Below the pieces are notes generated by a model. The model was not told the DNA's origin, did not search any database, and saw only the letters and a list, made by a program, of their open reading frames with translations. Shown here piece by piece: positions 1 to 13,185 of a stretch of DNA of 64,000 nucleotides (its first letter is position 1; the number at the start of each line of letters is the position of its first letter). The stretch is from Guillardia theta CCMP2712 (Eukaryota > Protista > Cryptophyta), in contig NW_005434622.1 in the NCBI RefSeq assembly GCF_000315625.1, positions 1 to 64,000 of the forward strand. Reading direction: 5' to 3'. Position numbers and translations under genes: made by a program.

Positions 1-166
1 CCCTAAACCCTAAACCCTAAACCCTAAACCCTAAACCCTAACCCTAAACCCTAAACCCTAAACCCTAAACCCTAAACCCTAAACCCTAAACCCTAAACCC
101 TAAACCCTAAACCCTAAAACCCTAAACCCTAAAACCCTAAACCCTAAACCCTAAACCCTAAACCCT
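1..166. repeat. Telomeric repeat array (CCCTAAA)n, i.e. TTTAGGG type, with a few variant units
   Basis: Window begins with tandem CCCTAAA units, including occasional CCCTAA and CCCTAAAA variants. The array ends abruptly at ...aaccct|cggg. Confidence 0.98.
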
Positions 167-560
167 CGGGACTCCTCGCACAATCTCACAACAACGGCCC
201 TGCCCCTTCTCTTGGTTGCCCGCCTTGTGTTCGAGGCCGTACAGTGCGTCGTCGTCCTAGCAAATGGCGACCGGGGCCGGCCGACCGCGCACTCCGACAG
301 GCTCCAGTTACAACAACTCGAGACGCTCGTCCACCTAAGGCTACCAAGCGAAAGGATACGACGAAAGCTCAATCTAACTCTTCCAAAGACGCGAGCAAGC
401 TCCTGTCTGCCTCCGCCATGTTCACCATGTTGATTTAAAAATTGATCGGGCTCTCCTTCAACACATGCATGTCAACGAAACCGACATCTACTTCGACCTC
501 TCCGTCCTCCCTGACACCAACCCTCTCCTCCTCCTCCTCCTCCTATTCTCACCCCTCCCC

Positions 561-640
561 CATCCCCAACAAGGACAAGTCTCTAAATTCTCTTCCCATC
601 CATCCCCGACAAGGACAAGTCTCTAAATTCTCTTCCCATC
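561..640. repeat. 40-bp tandem duplication in subtelomere
   Basis: catcccc(a/g)acaaggacaagtctctaaattctcttcccatc occurs at 561-600 and 601-640 with one mismatch. Confidence 0.95.
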
Positions 641-1916
641 CCGGTACGTGCCCACTCCTCTCACCTCATCGGACCCATCCCTGAACACCTGCTCACTTCC
701 CCGTCAGATTGAGTCGGCACCTCCCTATTCAGCCAAGACATGTTCCCTACCCTCACATTCTGCACAAAGAAGCAGATCCTGCACCCCAAGCTCTCACTCC
801 CTCTCCTCAACAAGCATAGGACTGTAACAAAACATTCCTTACCCCGTTGACGAATGCACATAGAAAACTTTGAAGCAAAACAAATCCTCTATCACGTTGT
901 TGACTACATACCCGTACGTCTTAGTGTCTGCGGCACCATCGTCACCTCGCCACCTCCCGGATTCCCATGCTCTGTCTCATTCCGTTGTCGCTCAGCTCCG
1001 TCTCGCTACCGTCAAGAACCAATTTCATCACTCGCTTCCAGTTCGACTTGAAGCCCCCGACAAGCTTTCCGACAGGGATCTCAGTTACTTCAACCTGCAC
1101 ATCGCCCTCCCTCTACTTGTGGGAGCCGCATCCGGACGAAATAATTCCCTTGTACGGTCTGGTCCTGACATCTACACCCAGCGACAGATGTGTATCTGTA
1201 AGCCTTGACATGTAATCTGTAAAGGCTCGCCCTGGCGCACTAAGAATCAGCTGCTCAACATCTTCTCACACTCTACTTGCTCCTTCCCATCCCAACGGGA
1301 GTACACCATACATTGTTTTTGTATCTCTGTCTCTCGATCACTCTGTCTCTCTATCTACCTCTCTCTTTTCTCTGCCGGTCAGTCTTCTGTCTCTCCCTTA
1401 CCTAGGCTTTGAATGCTTTCTCGCATCCGCTCCATGATGCTCCGAGACGCATGGTCCGTCGACAACACTTTCAGTGCTTCCGAGATCCAGCAAGTCCAGG
1501 AGCTTCTTTGTTTCCTCGCGGGTGACGAAAGCATTCTGCTTAACTCTGATTTTCTTCTTGTGAAGGTCCCTTCCTATCCACCGCTCCATAGCAACGCTGT
1601 TTTATGCTATCTGCTGCTCATACCTAAAGAGAACTTCAGGTCTGCTACTGAATCGTCGGAACAGTTGGAACGTTTCAGTGCCCGTATGCATTAAATCATG
1701 CAGGTGTCTTCCTGTACCCTTCACTTTGCCTTTTCGACATTTCATTTCTTCCTGATCACGTCATTGTGTTTGTTAATCTTCTGCCAATTTGCCTGCCTGC
1801 CGCCTGTAAATCACCCACTTCCCTTTCATTCCCTCCTTCCCTCCTTGCCTCCTACACGTCAAAAACTGAAAGAAAAGCAAACCTTTTGTTGTACAAGTTT
1901 TTACAAGTGTCCTCAT

Positions 1917-2140
1917 TGTCCTCGTACTGATTTTTAACTTAACTTTGAGTAAAGTCCTCGTACTGATCTCAGTCGGCACTGGCTCCCGCCGGAGTCCCGG
2001 GCCGGGCCGCAACCGTCATCCGGCGGCGTACCGGTGACCGCCTCGCCGCCACCCGGTCCGGGCCGCCACCTCAGGGGAGTATCACTTAACTTTGAGTAAA
2101 GAATCTGAGCTCAGCCCCCCGGCTGCCGGTTTCACCGGGC
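1917..2140. promoter_or_regulatory. GC-rich intergenic island carrying two copies of the ACTTAACTTTGAGTAAA element
   Basis: Motif at about 1917-1953, flanked by direct repeats of gtcctcgtactgat, and again at 2084-2100. A CCGG/GGCC-rich stretch lies between them, just upstream of the first gene. Function is inferred. Confidence 0.5.
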
Positions 2141-2247
2141 CGATTGTTTTACTGTGCGCAACCTGATGAGACTCGACCAAGATTTAAAGGGTTTGTCGGA
2201 ATCCTGTTGGATATACTGCATAACAAGTTCAAAGCGGGAGGGGAGCG

Positions 2248-3504
2248 ATGAACTTCGAAACAAAGATAGCAAACCCAACTTGTACGCTCGACAAGAGTCC
2301 CAACCGAAAGACATACATTTCTGAGAAACTGATAGCCGCTCGAATGGTCGCCTTCGTCATTGTTTGTACTTTGAGCTGTGAGTCTCAAGGTACTGACTGC
2401 GACAAGATTTTAACTTGCTATTTGACTCCTTGACCAATCGTGTATCAGCATCGTCTGCTTCAAACACCATCCCAGTAAATTCTAGCGAAGTTGCATCACT
2501 GACTTGTGATATCCGACAGGTATTCCAATGATTTTTCTGTACATGTTTCAATCTTGTTTTTGTAGGTGAGCACTCCTTGGAAGGGAGAAAACGTCAAGGC
2601 AATGCTCTGTTTTATTAAGCAAAAACAAGCTGATCTATAAATCTTGCAGGACTTGTGGGCGGAGTATCACAATATTTTTCGTTTTGGGAACAGAAATGCA
2701 GCATCACACCTGTGGGCCACTTTCTTGCTTGAGAGGAGTTCGCAAGTAACCTGAACTGAGTCTCTTTGATCTCTTTGACAATAACATTACAATGCAGATG
2801 ACACCGCAACAGCTAGAGTATATGTTCAGCGGCTTCTGTGCTGTGAGTGGGTCGCCCGTCAGACCAAACGATTATAATCGATACTTGTTGAATCTTGGAA
2901 CGGTCCTTGGGGGATCAAGGATTGGATACATGCACTATTGCTGCTGGCCTTGTGTTTGTGACACGCAAGATTTCATTCGAGTTGATACCAAAATGTGATA
3001 ACTAAGGAAGGGATTCGACAGTATCACTTTGCTGTGATAGGAAATCCATGTGATCATCCTGAGAAGCTGAACGAACCATTTGTACAACCTTTCGGGTATC
3101 GCGAAACAACTTTATCTTTTGAAGCAAGAGAGGTTCGTTGTCAGGATGGCAAACTCATAGGAGCCACTTTGAGTGATCATGGTTACCCCATTATCTCTAT
3201 GTTCTTTAACCTTTCAGAGCAAAATCCTACTGGAATGGGCCAAGAACACAACGCAAGTGGAACTCATGCTCTTGCAAGGACGGTTCAAAGCCAGAGTCGA
3301 ACAGATGTGCCTCAGCCTGGGAGAATCTTACAGGTGTCAGGCGTGCATGTACAGGACGAGTATGAGTGGAAAGATTACTGCTCTCAACGAGCTGCGGCGG
3401 GGTTTAACTCGGGAATGGGAGAGATTTTTCGAAAAGTCGCAGCCATATCTCCAATCCGTGCACAACAGAAACAAGTCAATGAAATTTCATCATTGATCAG
3501 GTGA
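2248..3504 (+). CDS. Cys-rich protein of unknown function (multi-exon; 1-nt frame break near 2990-2998)
   Basis: Spliced exons read ...FRFGNRNAASHLWATFLLER / FSGFCAVSGSPV / YMHYCCWPCVCDTQDFIRVDTK / HFAVIGNPC ... GFNSGMGEIFRKVA. Short GT-AG introns at the 5' end. Start position uncertain. Confidence 0.6.
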
Positions 3505-3989
3505 ACAGAATAATTAATGACATGAGCCTGTGGGATGGATGTATCATTCGCCAATCTGATACTGGCTGTCTAATACAGAGCTGTGCTTTCAGAAGCAAGG
3601 TTGACATTTATCTCCAGCTCCTCTTTAAACGAGAGGCAGGCACCTCGTCGTCCTACAACATGTTACACTGAAAGAAATGGTCTTCGGGAAGTACCTGTAG
3701 CCCTGAGTTTATCCCCAACGGATCCACGTTGCCAGATAGTTTCCCCTGTGTCGTTTAGATTTGTTAAATGGCATCAAGATCGAACTCCGTCTGTACCAAG
3801 AGAAATACTTGTTCTGCCTTGTTTGATGTACTGCTGGAGTTTCCCTGTTTTTTCTCGAGAGGAGAAAATCTGTGCATGTATCAAAAGCTAGCAACAACTT
3901 CCATGTTTATGCAGCATGCACCTGTCATGAGGTGGAATTTGTGGGGTATTGGAAGGATGCCACTGGTTTTTGAGTCTGTGAATCGGTGA

Positions 3990-5207
3990 GCTTGGATCCG
4001 CCCGAAGGGTCGATGCATACTCATTAAAGGGAACGAGCGATCTTCTGAATGGCCCTAAACTTGCGGAATCACTTACAAAACGAGAGCTGAATGAAGTGTC
4101 AGGCGAGCTATCAAGTCGCGATGTCGTAGCTTTAGGAAACATCACCTATGCGAATAAGACTTGTCTCCTGTGCCTCCAGCAAAAATCTGAAGTGGGATCG
4201 GAGCTTGGCCAACATTTTCAACTTTTGTTATCCTGTCTGAGAAATCTCTGTTCCCTTCGGTCATACCAACTGTGATAGGATTGGTCAGGATGAATACATC
4301 ACAATTTGCTTCTGCGCAAAATACCTATGTAATTATCGCCGAGGTTGCTCATATCCTTATGAGGGAACCGGACTGGGGTTATCAGATATCTGTTGTTTTG
4401 ATTGGCGGTATGGTCGAGGCCGGTGTCATACCTGTAGTGTTTTAAATTGAAGAAGAATAATGCACCAACCATGCTGACATGTATGGATAGTGTTGTCGTA
4501 GAGCCTTCCAATACTCCTTCAACTTCGTTTCATAATCGCTTAAAATCTTTTCGCACTTCTTGCTCCTGCTGCCAATCAGGCTCACGTGAACAAGAGGCGC
4601 ATTATTCCTTTTGTTCACATAGCATTCCAAAGGCTGATGGTTCAAAACAGGTTTTGCGATGCAGCTTCCTGATTGTTTTCACATCAAACATCACAACAAA
4701 CAGTGATGTCATCCTACCGCCAACCCAAGCTTTGGGAGGGTAGCATTCGTTCATAATCGCTTCTGAATCTCGAGCTTCCTGCGAATTTGAAGAATTGGAA
4801 GATGCATTCAAAGCTAATATCATCTGTAAATCAAAAACGTCACTCAGTCATCCATCCCTGATCTCTACTGAAACAACCTGAGGTGCTTGCTCTAATTGCC
4901 TCAACGCATTCATATATTTTTGTTGTGATCTGATGAACATCCGCGTTTCTTTGCTCAAAAACTTATGCAGTTTCTGGTGGTACTTTTGGTATGAACCTTT
5001 CACTGCTGGAGAAGTGATCCCAAGTCGCCGAAAAGACAAGTCTTCTAGTTTTTCTTCATCCATTCTGAGCTTTTTATCCCAGTCAACCACGCCGGGACGA
5101 GATCGCTCTTGCAGCACATCTCGCCTCGATCCTGATGATGCAAGAATGGAGAGGACCGTAAGAGCGGCAAGCAGCCATACTAGTCCGGCGTACAGTACCG
5201 CCTTCAT
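3990..5207 (-). CDS. Hypothetical protein with N-terminal signal/anchor, multi-exon
   Basis: MKAVLYAGLVWLLAALTVLSILA hydrophobic leader. Further exon-like segments lie at 4602-4823 and 4442-4575. The 3' end is uncertain. Confidence 0.45.
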
Positions 5208-5306
5208 GAAGAGCCAGTAGAGCGATCGTGCACTCCACCCCTCTCTTTGACTACTTTCTACCCCACCCTTTCGGTTGCTACTGCTACTAGTTATGAGTCT
5301 GGTTGT

Positions 5307-8300
5307 TAGTCGTCTGTTGAGGCGGACTTGTTGGATGCCACCGCTGTGACAACCATTGAGAACATAAGATTTTGAAAGGAGGGACAGAACGTCTCATCTT
5401 TTACGTCGTTCATAATAACAAGAAAACATGCTGTACATGTGCGTAGGTGTATATCTTTTGCTGAAAAGACGGCAATTACGAAGGCTTTAACCTGGTCTCA
5501 AATGTGCCAGGATCTTGATACTCTCTCAAAAGATACCTACCAATACACAACGTTCAGAAACATACAGAAATGCAGCAATGTCGAAACCTTTCTGAGCTTT
5601 TCTCTTGTGACTTGAAAACCATATCCAGGCGGAACTTGAAATCCCGTTCACTGTAATAGCAAGGCAATTTCGAAGCTGCTTACCTTCGCTCTGGCTCGCG
5701 AGCTTGTGACAGACTGGGACTGCTCTGAGTCAGGCTAAGCAGGTACAAGTCATGCCTGAAGCCAGATTGAAAGAAAAATAAACCTCAACACTGTCTGGTC
5801 GACTTGGTAAATCGCTTCGCAATACAGAAGGATTTTTTGACAAAGCCTTTGATCGACCAGAAGGACCCCTTGTTCCCGAATGATGAGATTCAGTTAGACT
5901 ATTATTCTCTCTCGAAGATCCATAAGAACCGACGACAACGTCCTCATCAGTCAGATAAGAAATATTTGAAGTTGGTAATGGTGATGACCGTGCACTTAGT
6001 GAAAGATTTTCATGCAAAGGGGCTGCATGAAATTGTTGAGGTCTGGCGTCAGCTTGTGAAGATGATAAATCAGGATTCAAGTCTGGTTCACCAAATCGAC
6101 CTCGATGTCTTGCTCTCGAGATCAGATTGGATGAGACCGAGCTCCGCGCAGAGGTAGAGGACTGCGAACTGCTAGGGCTTGACGCTCTTGAAGAAGAATC
6201 TCTGTGGACGTAAGCATCTCTGCTGCTTCGTGGTGCGAGACTCATCGTGACTCCAGAATCATTTTCAAGCATTTCAGAATCCGTCGCAACTCTGATATCC
6301 TGAAACAAAGTAAATGCCAAGCGTGGCATGAAATCAAAGCACAAAGAAAGATACTCACTTCTTTGAGAGTAGCCGTGTAGAAAGGAGCCTTGCTGCCTAC
6401 GGCGCTGGAAGGTGAAATACATTTTTCATTCAGTGTCCCTCGTGAATTTTGCTCATTTTCTTCACTGATTGGCTTCAAAGCTGCTTTGCTGAGCTCAGAA
6501 GATAAGTAATCTCTTGAAAGAATCTCCAATGAAAGCAATTTGCAACCTGCTCAAACAACTTTATTTCAAGAAAATCGAATGAAGGAAACCTTACCAGATT
6601 CTGGAAAGCGGTATGCATTTTCAATGTACAAGTCAGAAGATAGCAGGCCAACAAAATCCATCATCAGAGTCTGTGGAGGACAGGAAAAGACTTCTCGCAT
6701 AGTTTGACCAGAAATTACTTTGATCAGTATATCATCCAACGGTAGAAAGACAACTCTCGCAGCGGTAGACCGGGTGTCTTCTGCTGCAAAGACTTCAGGT
6801 ATTTCAATTTGCGCTTCAGAACAATGCAGAACACGAGCAATGTCTCGTCTGAGGGACCGCCTGAAGGAAGTTTTTTTATGAGCACGATTCAATCTTGAAA
6901 AACGATGGTCGAGTACTAATTGAAGAACAGCGATATTGATCTCATCTTCTTCGGCATGTTCAGCATTGTGAGATCTGTTATTTCTTCCTCTTGAGTTTTC
7001 CTTGCTGTCTTCTTCTGGAATCAAACCTTGGGCAATTTGTGCTTTCTTCTCAATATCCATGAGTCTATTCTCAAACTCTTCGACTTGGCCAGGATCTGGA
7101 GGCGAAATAAAAATGTTTGCAAGCTGATAAGCAAGATCTTCGAATTGTTCCATTGTGATATACTGTTTTTGAGTAAGATCTTTAATCTTATTGGAGAGAA
7201 TCCGATGCATAGAACTTTTCCCATTCGCGTTTCTATCAAAATCAATCAGGGTAAGAGAAAACAAAACGTAACTACCTTTTCCATTTCTTCTGAATCACCT
7301 GAAACGTTGGCAGAGACATGAATTCAGATACCATCTTCTTTCTACATTCTCGCCTTTCACGAGTTCTCTCATAAGCACAGCGGTAACCAAATTCATCAAG
7401 ATAAACGAAGCCACTGCAACGAAGAAGGGAAAGAATATAAGACTAGCTATATTTCCGCACGTTTCTAGGCATGGAGTGCTTTCGCACACGAGCAGTCCAT
7501 CATCCTGTAGCTTCTTGAGTTCATCATAAGTCTGGCACTGGGGTAAAGCGTTGCGCGCTGCTTGAAGATACTCTTGCTTCAAAGTATAGACACTTGTTTG
7601 CTTGTAAGACTGCAACGCCCTCACAGCTTCGTCAAGGGCATTTGGGTTCCGTGCAGAGGTGATCCTCAGGTTGTACTTCCACATGACATCGGACCACATA
7701 TCTCTCGTGCTCAGTTCAAACAGTTGTATCATACCAAGTCCCAAATTCTGGAAGTTGGAAACGGATGATAGGAGTGAATCAGATGCCAGAAGATCACATC
7801 GATGAACAACATCATTAGTCCGATATGCGTCTGTGCACATGTGAGAGAAGAATGCTACTCCCACGACTCCACAGGAATAGAAGACAAGCACAAGCAGAAG
7901 AAGTAGGTTAACAATCAAAATGACAGATCGTTTCAGCACGTCCAGAATTACTGTCAATCCTTTGGCAGATCGTAAAATTCTTAGAGTTCTGAGAGTTCTG
8001 AAAAGTCGGAAGACCCTTACAACTCGAAGCATCCTTGGATTTACCGTTGTACCACTCGAAAACTGAGATTCGAAAGCAAACGAAGCAAACGATACAAGAA
8101 CAACAAACATGTCGAAAGAATTCATAAAGTTCGTGAAATACTGTCGAGGATAAACTGAAATGAGGGCAACAAATGCCTCAATCCCAAATGTAAACATAAA
8201 GAACATGTTGAAACCAGTCTGAATATTAACAGAGTATGCTGAATCATGAAAACTTTCGAACGACATGATAACTATGTTTCCGACAATGCAAAGAAGTAAA

Positions 8301-11300
8301 AACTTCTCAAATGGCATAGACGTGTAGATCGAATAAAGTCGACTTCTCACAAAACTGGAAGGAGGATCAAACACGTATGGAAGTGCCGCCCGGCTTGGTT
8401 TCCTTGGAGGTGGTTGAAGTGACTCCATGGCAACAGAAGCAACCGAGAATGCTTGCACAAAGACGCCGATGCTGGCAGAGATCAGAAAGAACCCTCCAAT
8501 CACAATGACAAAGATGTAGTATACAGCAAACCATGATATGTTGTCTTTGCGAGGCCCTGTTGTTGGCCCCGTGGAGTCTATTCCCTGGCGCATCAGGACA
8601 GGCCAATTATCTTGAGAAGCCAACACATAAACGTAAATCAGACCATCCCCAATCCAGTCAAAGTTCAAAGAGTCTTTTTGCCAAACTCTAGATGCGCCTC
8701 CAGGATCTGTTCCGTTGCAAGCTTCCTTGGTCCAGATCATCGGGTCACTGCAGAAGTGCATATTCCCACTTAAAACTTGCATGCCAAGGATTGCAATCAC
8801 AAGAAACACAGCTACTGAAACGAGAGCTGCGCTGATAATGGGCTTCCATGCCCCTGCTAGAGTTGACAGCAGAATGCGAAGACCGGTAGTCTGTGCGAGG
8901 ATTCTTAAAGGCCTCAGCGCCCTCAAGCCTTTGACGATTCGAATAATGCGAATTGCAGCCACAGCCGAAGAAGTAAGTATGATGAGTTGCATCAAGATTT
9001 CAGTGATTCCTCCCAGCACAACAATCATATCCACACGGTTCCATGGATTTCTTGAATACTTTTTCAGTCCATACCAGAGAACTTTGAAAGATGCTTCAAA
9101 AACGAAAAAGAGAGTTACAGAAATGTGCAGCCAGGTCGTGATGGTTTCTTCCAAATTGGATCGAAACGGACGTTCAGTAGCAAGAGCCATGCAGTCAATG
9201 AGAATAAGAGTCACAATGAATTTTTCAGTGAGAGGATTGTTGACGACATTCCCTGCAAATGTGCGAATAGGATTGTTCCATGTTATGCATCCACAGACCG
9301 AGTAAGGAACATCATCTTGTGAGTGGTTTTCAAGTGAAGATTGTAGACCTGTCCGCATCATCTTTGCAAGGTTTTCTCCATCTCGTGCCATCGCAACCGA
9401 GGTGTTGCCACGAGATATGAGTTTCAGACTCTGATATCCCGAAAGGAACCGCACGTTGACTTCTCTATGTTCCATACAGTCGAGTTTGTTCGGACACTGA
9501 GTTCTCCTACCAACCACTCCTTGACATCTTGTTGAACCATCAGGATGAAGCAGTTGCATCGCAATGTCAGAATGAAAGGGATCTCCGACGTTCTTGCGCG
9601 CTTGTTCTGCAATGGTTAGGTCTGCACCCTCCAAGATTAATTGCATATTGTCATTCATTTGTTCTTCCGTCATTGCAAGATTGGACTCCATCCCACGAAT
9701 CATTTGCTTCTCTTCCGTTGCTTCAACTCGCTCCCAGAACTTGAAGAGATATTCTACAGCAATGAAAAACGAGCTTGTGTTAGTATTTTTGACATTGACA
9801 ATCAGAGCAGGTAGGACTCGAGAAGACTGAGCTTTGCTTTTCAGAATCTTTCCCAGCTTGTTTCGCTTGCGTGAAAGCACTCGTACAGTTCGTAGGTCAA
9901 GAATGATTCGCTGGATGTCTGTGGCTGTAGGTAGTGGCTCGTTCCCAAGAAATTGAAAGTTCATCGAACCCAGCAAAAGCTTTGCAGCATCTCGGACAGC
10001 CATTGGTATTTGAACATAATCGTAGTCGTATACAATCTCCGAACCTGCTGAAATTGTCTTCACATTAAATGTTGCAACTTTCTTTTCACGAAATTGAAGT
10101 AAACTCCACATGGAGACCCCTCCTAACATGCAATTAGGTCCGGGAAAGTTGCAAAGATGTTTTGATAAAGCCTTGATGACATTTTTTTCGAGAATACGAC
10201 TAGATTTGAATCGCTGCATTGCCAGTTCCCTGTTATCTCGCTCAATGATTGCCAGTTGGCCCTTATTATCTCCAAAACCAACAATTACAATTCCCAGGAA
10301 AACGTTCATAAGAACATAGTTTCCAACGAAAATCAAGGCATAAAAGTATAAAGCTGATGGCCCTCCATTGATCGAACAGGCAGAGTACATGATGTTCTGC
10401 CAGTTTGTTTGTGTCAAGATCTGGAATACAGTCAATAATGCAGACTGAAACGTATCAAAATTTTCGCGAGGAATAGCAAAAGAGATTGCAGCAGAATTAT
10501 CCCACGGAAGAACAGTGAATACGTCATCATTCCTAATGCCCGCCCAAACTTCTTCCGTCTCGTATCCGAATGTTGTGAAGCTGCTAACTATTCGCACTCT
10601 ATACGGCAGTCTCGGATGTTGTGCTCTATCTATACTCTGAACAATCCCTGGCCTTCCAGGCAATAGAGATGGCAAATCATCACCTGGAATGTCAACGTAG
10701 ACCCATTCTCCAAGCTCAATATCCTGCCATGTTGGGCGATACCACATCTTTGCCCCAAACAAGTTCATCCCGAGGATAGTGTAGATGAAGAGGAACAACA
10801 TGATCAAAACTACCATTGTTGCAACAGGTCGCAGCATCTCAGCAATTCTTCCCACTTGTCTTTGAAATTGGGGAAACTTTCGTAGAAATTTGACAAGACG
10901 AACAAGACGGAAGGCACGGAGAACACTGAGGGTTGTGCTTGAAGCGTTACAAACACTTCCGTCTTGGTTCTGAAGATAGCAAAAGATGAGACTAAGACCT
11001 GTCGGAAATTCGTACGCTCCAATGCATACGATGAATCCATCAAAGAGATTTTGTGGAACTTTGATATAACCAAATATGCCAAGTCCAGCGATCTTGATTG
11101 CCATTTCAATCACGTAAGTGCAAAGAAATAAAACATTGAGCCCTTCAAGAGAAGCTCGGAATAGCCAGTAACTCCTCGTCTTTCCACTGGATACCCACAA
11201 ATTTCCTATAGGACTGTCAAGCTCATGATAGAAACCCAAACAAGAGATGTTGATAACAATAATGACGGACATGATGTCCGAAAGAGTGTCAGAAATTGCA

Positions 11301-13185
11301 GTCCGTCTTAGGCGCTCGCGAAACGGTACATATTCTTTCTGCCTGCCACTGTATGGCTCAAGAACTGATTTCGCTTTTTCCCAAAATTCGTCTTCATCCT
11401 TTTCCTGCCGGATTAGCTCTTTCTGATATTGTTCTTCTTCGAACATTTGTGGAAGCAAATCTCGAACCAGCGGAATCACATGATCAACCTCTTCAGTGAT
11501 TGTCCTGTTTTCTTGGCTTCCTGCTCGAGGTGTTGATGCAATGCGTCTGGTCTTGGTCCGTCTGATTGTCAATGTCACACGACTTCCTCTCCTGCCAACC
11601 ATGAGCTGATAGACTGCGTGCAAATCCAGAGGGACGATGTCTGTGTTGTCGATTTGAATGATGCTATCTCCTTTCATTATCTCCCGTTTTTCATAGCTGT
11701 TCCTCCCAGCTTCAAGCTCATCACGACAGCTGGTTCTCCGATCTCCTTCAAAATTGATAATCCCACCCCTGCAGTAGTTTGTTTCAAAAGCTGTTGCTTC
11801 GATGGCCTGATTTGATCCCAGGTAAAGAAGAATTTTTGAATTTGCCTGGCACGAAATGTTCTGAACTCATCCAATTTTTCAATTCGAGAAACCAAGCTTG
11901 CTTCAACCCATTGCTCGTACATTCTGCTGGCAAATCGTTTGGTCATTACTTTAATCACATCCCTGCCAAGATGTCGTTTGTTTTGTATCTGCATTTCACG
12001 AAGGCGATTAGCAATTATAGCGAGAAACATTTTCAAGGAGAGTAGTGGGCCGACTAGCACCAGGGCAAGGAAGAAGAAGAAGACAAACCCCGAAGAGGTT
12101 TCAGAGACAGATCGCATGATGGATACCCAGCCTTCCAATGTCATCATTTGAGCAATCGATAGTAACGCATAGAGAACATTGTCAAAGTTAATTATGCCTG
12201 CATAAGGGCCTTGCGCTAACATCAGACATTGGTACCCTGTAGGGCATACCCTTGTACCCCACTGAACTGTGTCTGAACAACTGATTGGGGGGACATGGAT
12301 TTCTCCGCTGTTTACCCCATAGCAACTTTGCCTCAACACACCTTGAAAAACCTGTACTCCCACAATGGCAAAGATGAAGAAGATGAACGTGCAGAGGAAC
12401 AAGACTGTGTTCAAGGTTGGAACGACTTGTAGAAGGAAAGAGACCAGAAGTTTCAATTGCGGCACCTTATTGATAGCTCGCAGTGGCCTCAACATTCTGG
12501 AAGCTCTTAGAACCGCCATGCTCCTCAGCCAGCTTATGCTCAAGAAATCTTGCATCAAACCCAAGACAACAATTACAAGATCCATCCATCCCCATCCGTC
12601 AGACAGGAAACTTGTTGGGCCTAGAAGGAGTCCTTGAGCAACGATCTTGATGAGGCATTCAAACCCGAAACAGATGGAAAGAATTTGATTGATTGCTCTC
12701 AAAACATTTCGACGAGCAGAGATCGGACGATAGTCTGTTGTGTCATGGGGGTCGAAGCAAGCAAGTATGACTGCATTGATTAAGATCAGAATCAACATCA
12801 CTTGCTCTAGTCCATGCTGCAGAATGTAGATAGAGGCATATCGCAATGGATGTGAGATTGAGAAGAGAAAAAGCGACTTTCCTCGAAATCTAACAGGGTC
12901 TGGTGCCCAGGTACGGTGTACAGCTCCATCTTCATCTAACCTCTTCCTCCTTTTCTCATGCACCACTTGAGAAGCTTTTCGAAGGCCCAACTCTTGTTCT
13001 TTCAATTTGACGTGATGTTCAATCACTACATCTGCTATCAGTCCAGCATGGAATTTCTCAAGCTCGTTGGGAGATGGCAGTGTAGGGTTGACTTTGATCT
13101 CGCTCTTCCTTCTCTTCAGCTGATGTCGCACTTTAGAAATGTAATCGAAGTCATCTTGGACGTTGTCCCCTTCACCGCTCAACAT
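5307..13185 (-). CDS. Four-domain voltage-gated cation (Cav/Nav-like) channel alpha subunit with PDZ domain in the I-II linker; frame break at 11677
   Basis: Four S4 segments (LRASRMLRPLR; LRAFRLVRLVK; IRIVKGLRALRPLR; LRVVRVFRLFRTLRTLR). Four pore loops (TLEGW, TQTNW, SQDNW, TRDMW). IQ-like VIQKKWKR after splicing. C-terminal exons continue through 7264-5730; the end near 5307 is approximate. Confidence 0.9.

Noticed and set aside
1927-1953. Dispersed element as a spliced-leader or snRNA gene (TTTGA|GTAAA, U-rich Sm-like tract)
   Set aside because: Sequence downstream of the core is not conserved between copies, the U-tract lies upstream of the putative donor, and no shared RNA fold is visible.
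7225-7350. Apparent premature end of the channel ORF at 7295
   Set aside because: Explained by two ordinary short GT-AG introns flanking a VIQKKWKR exon.
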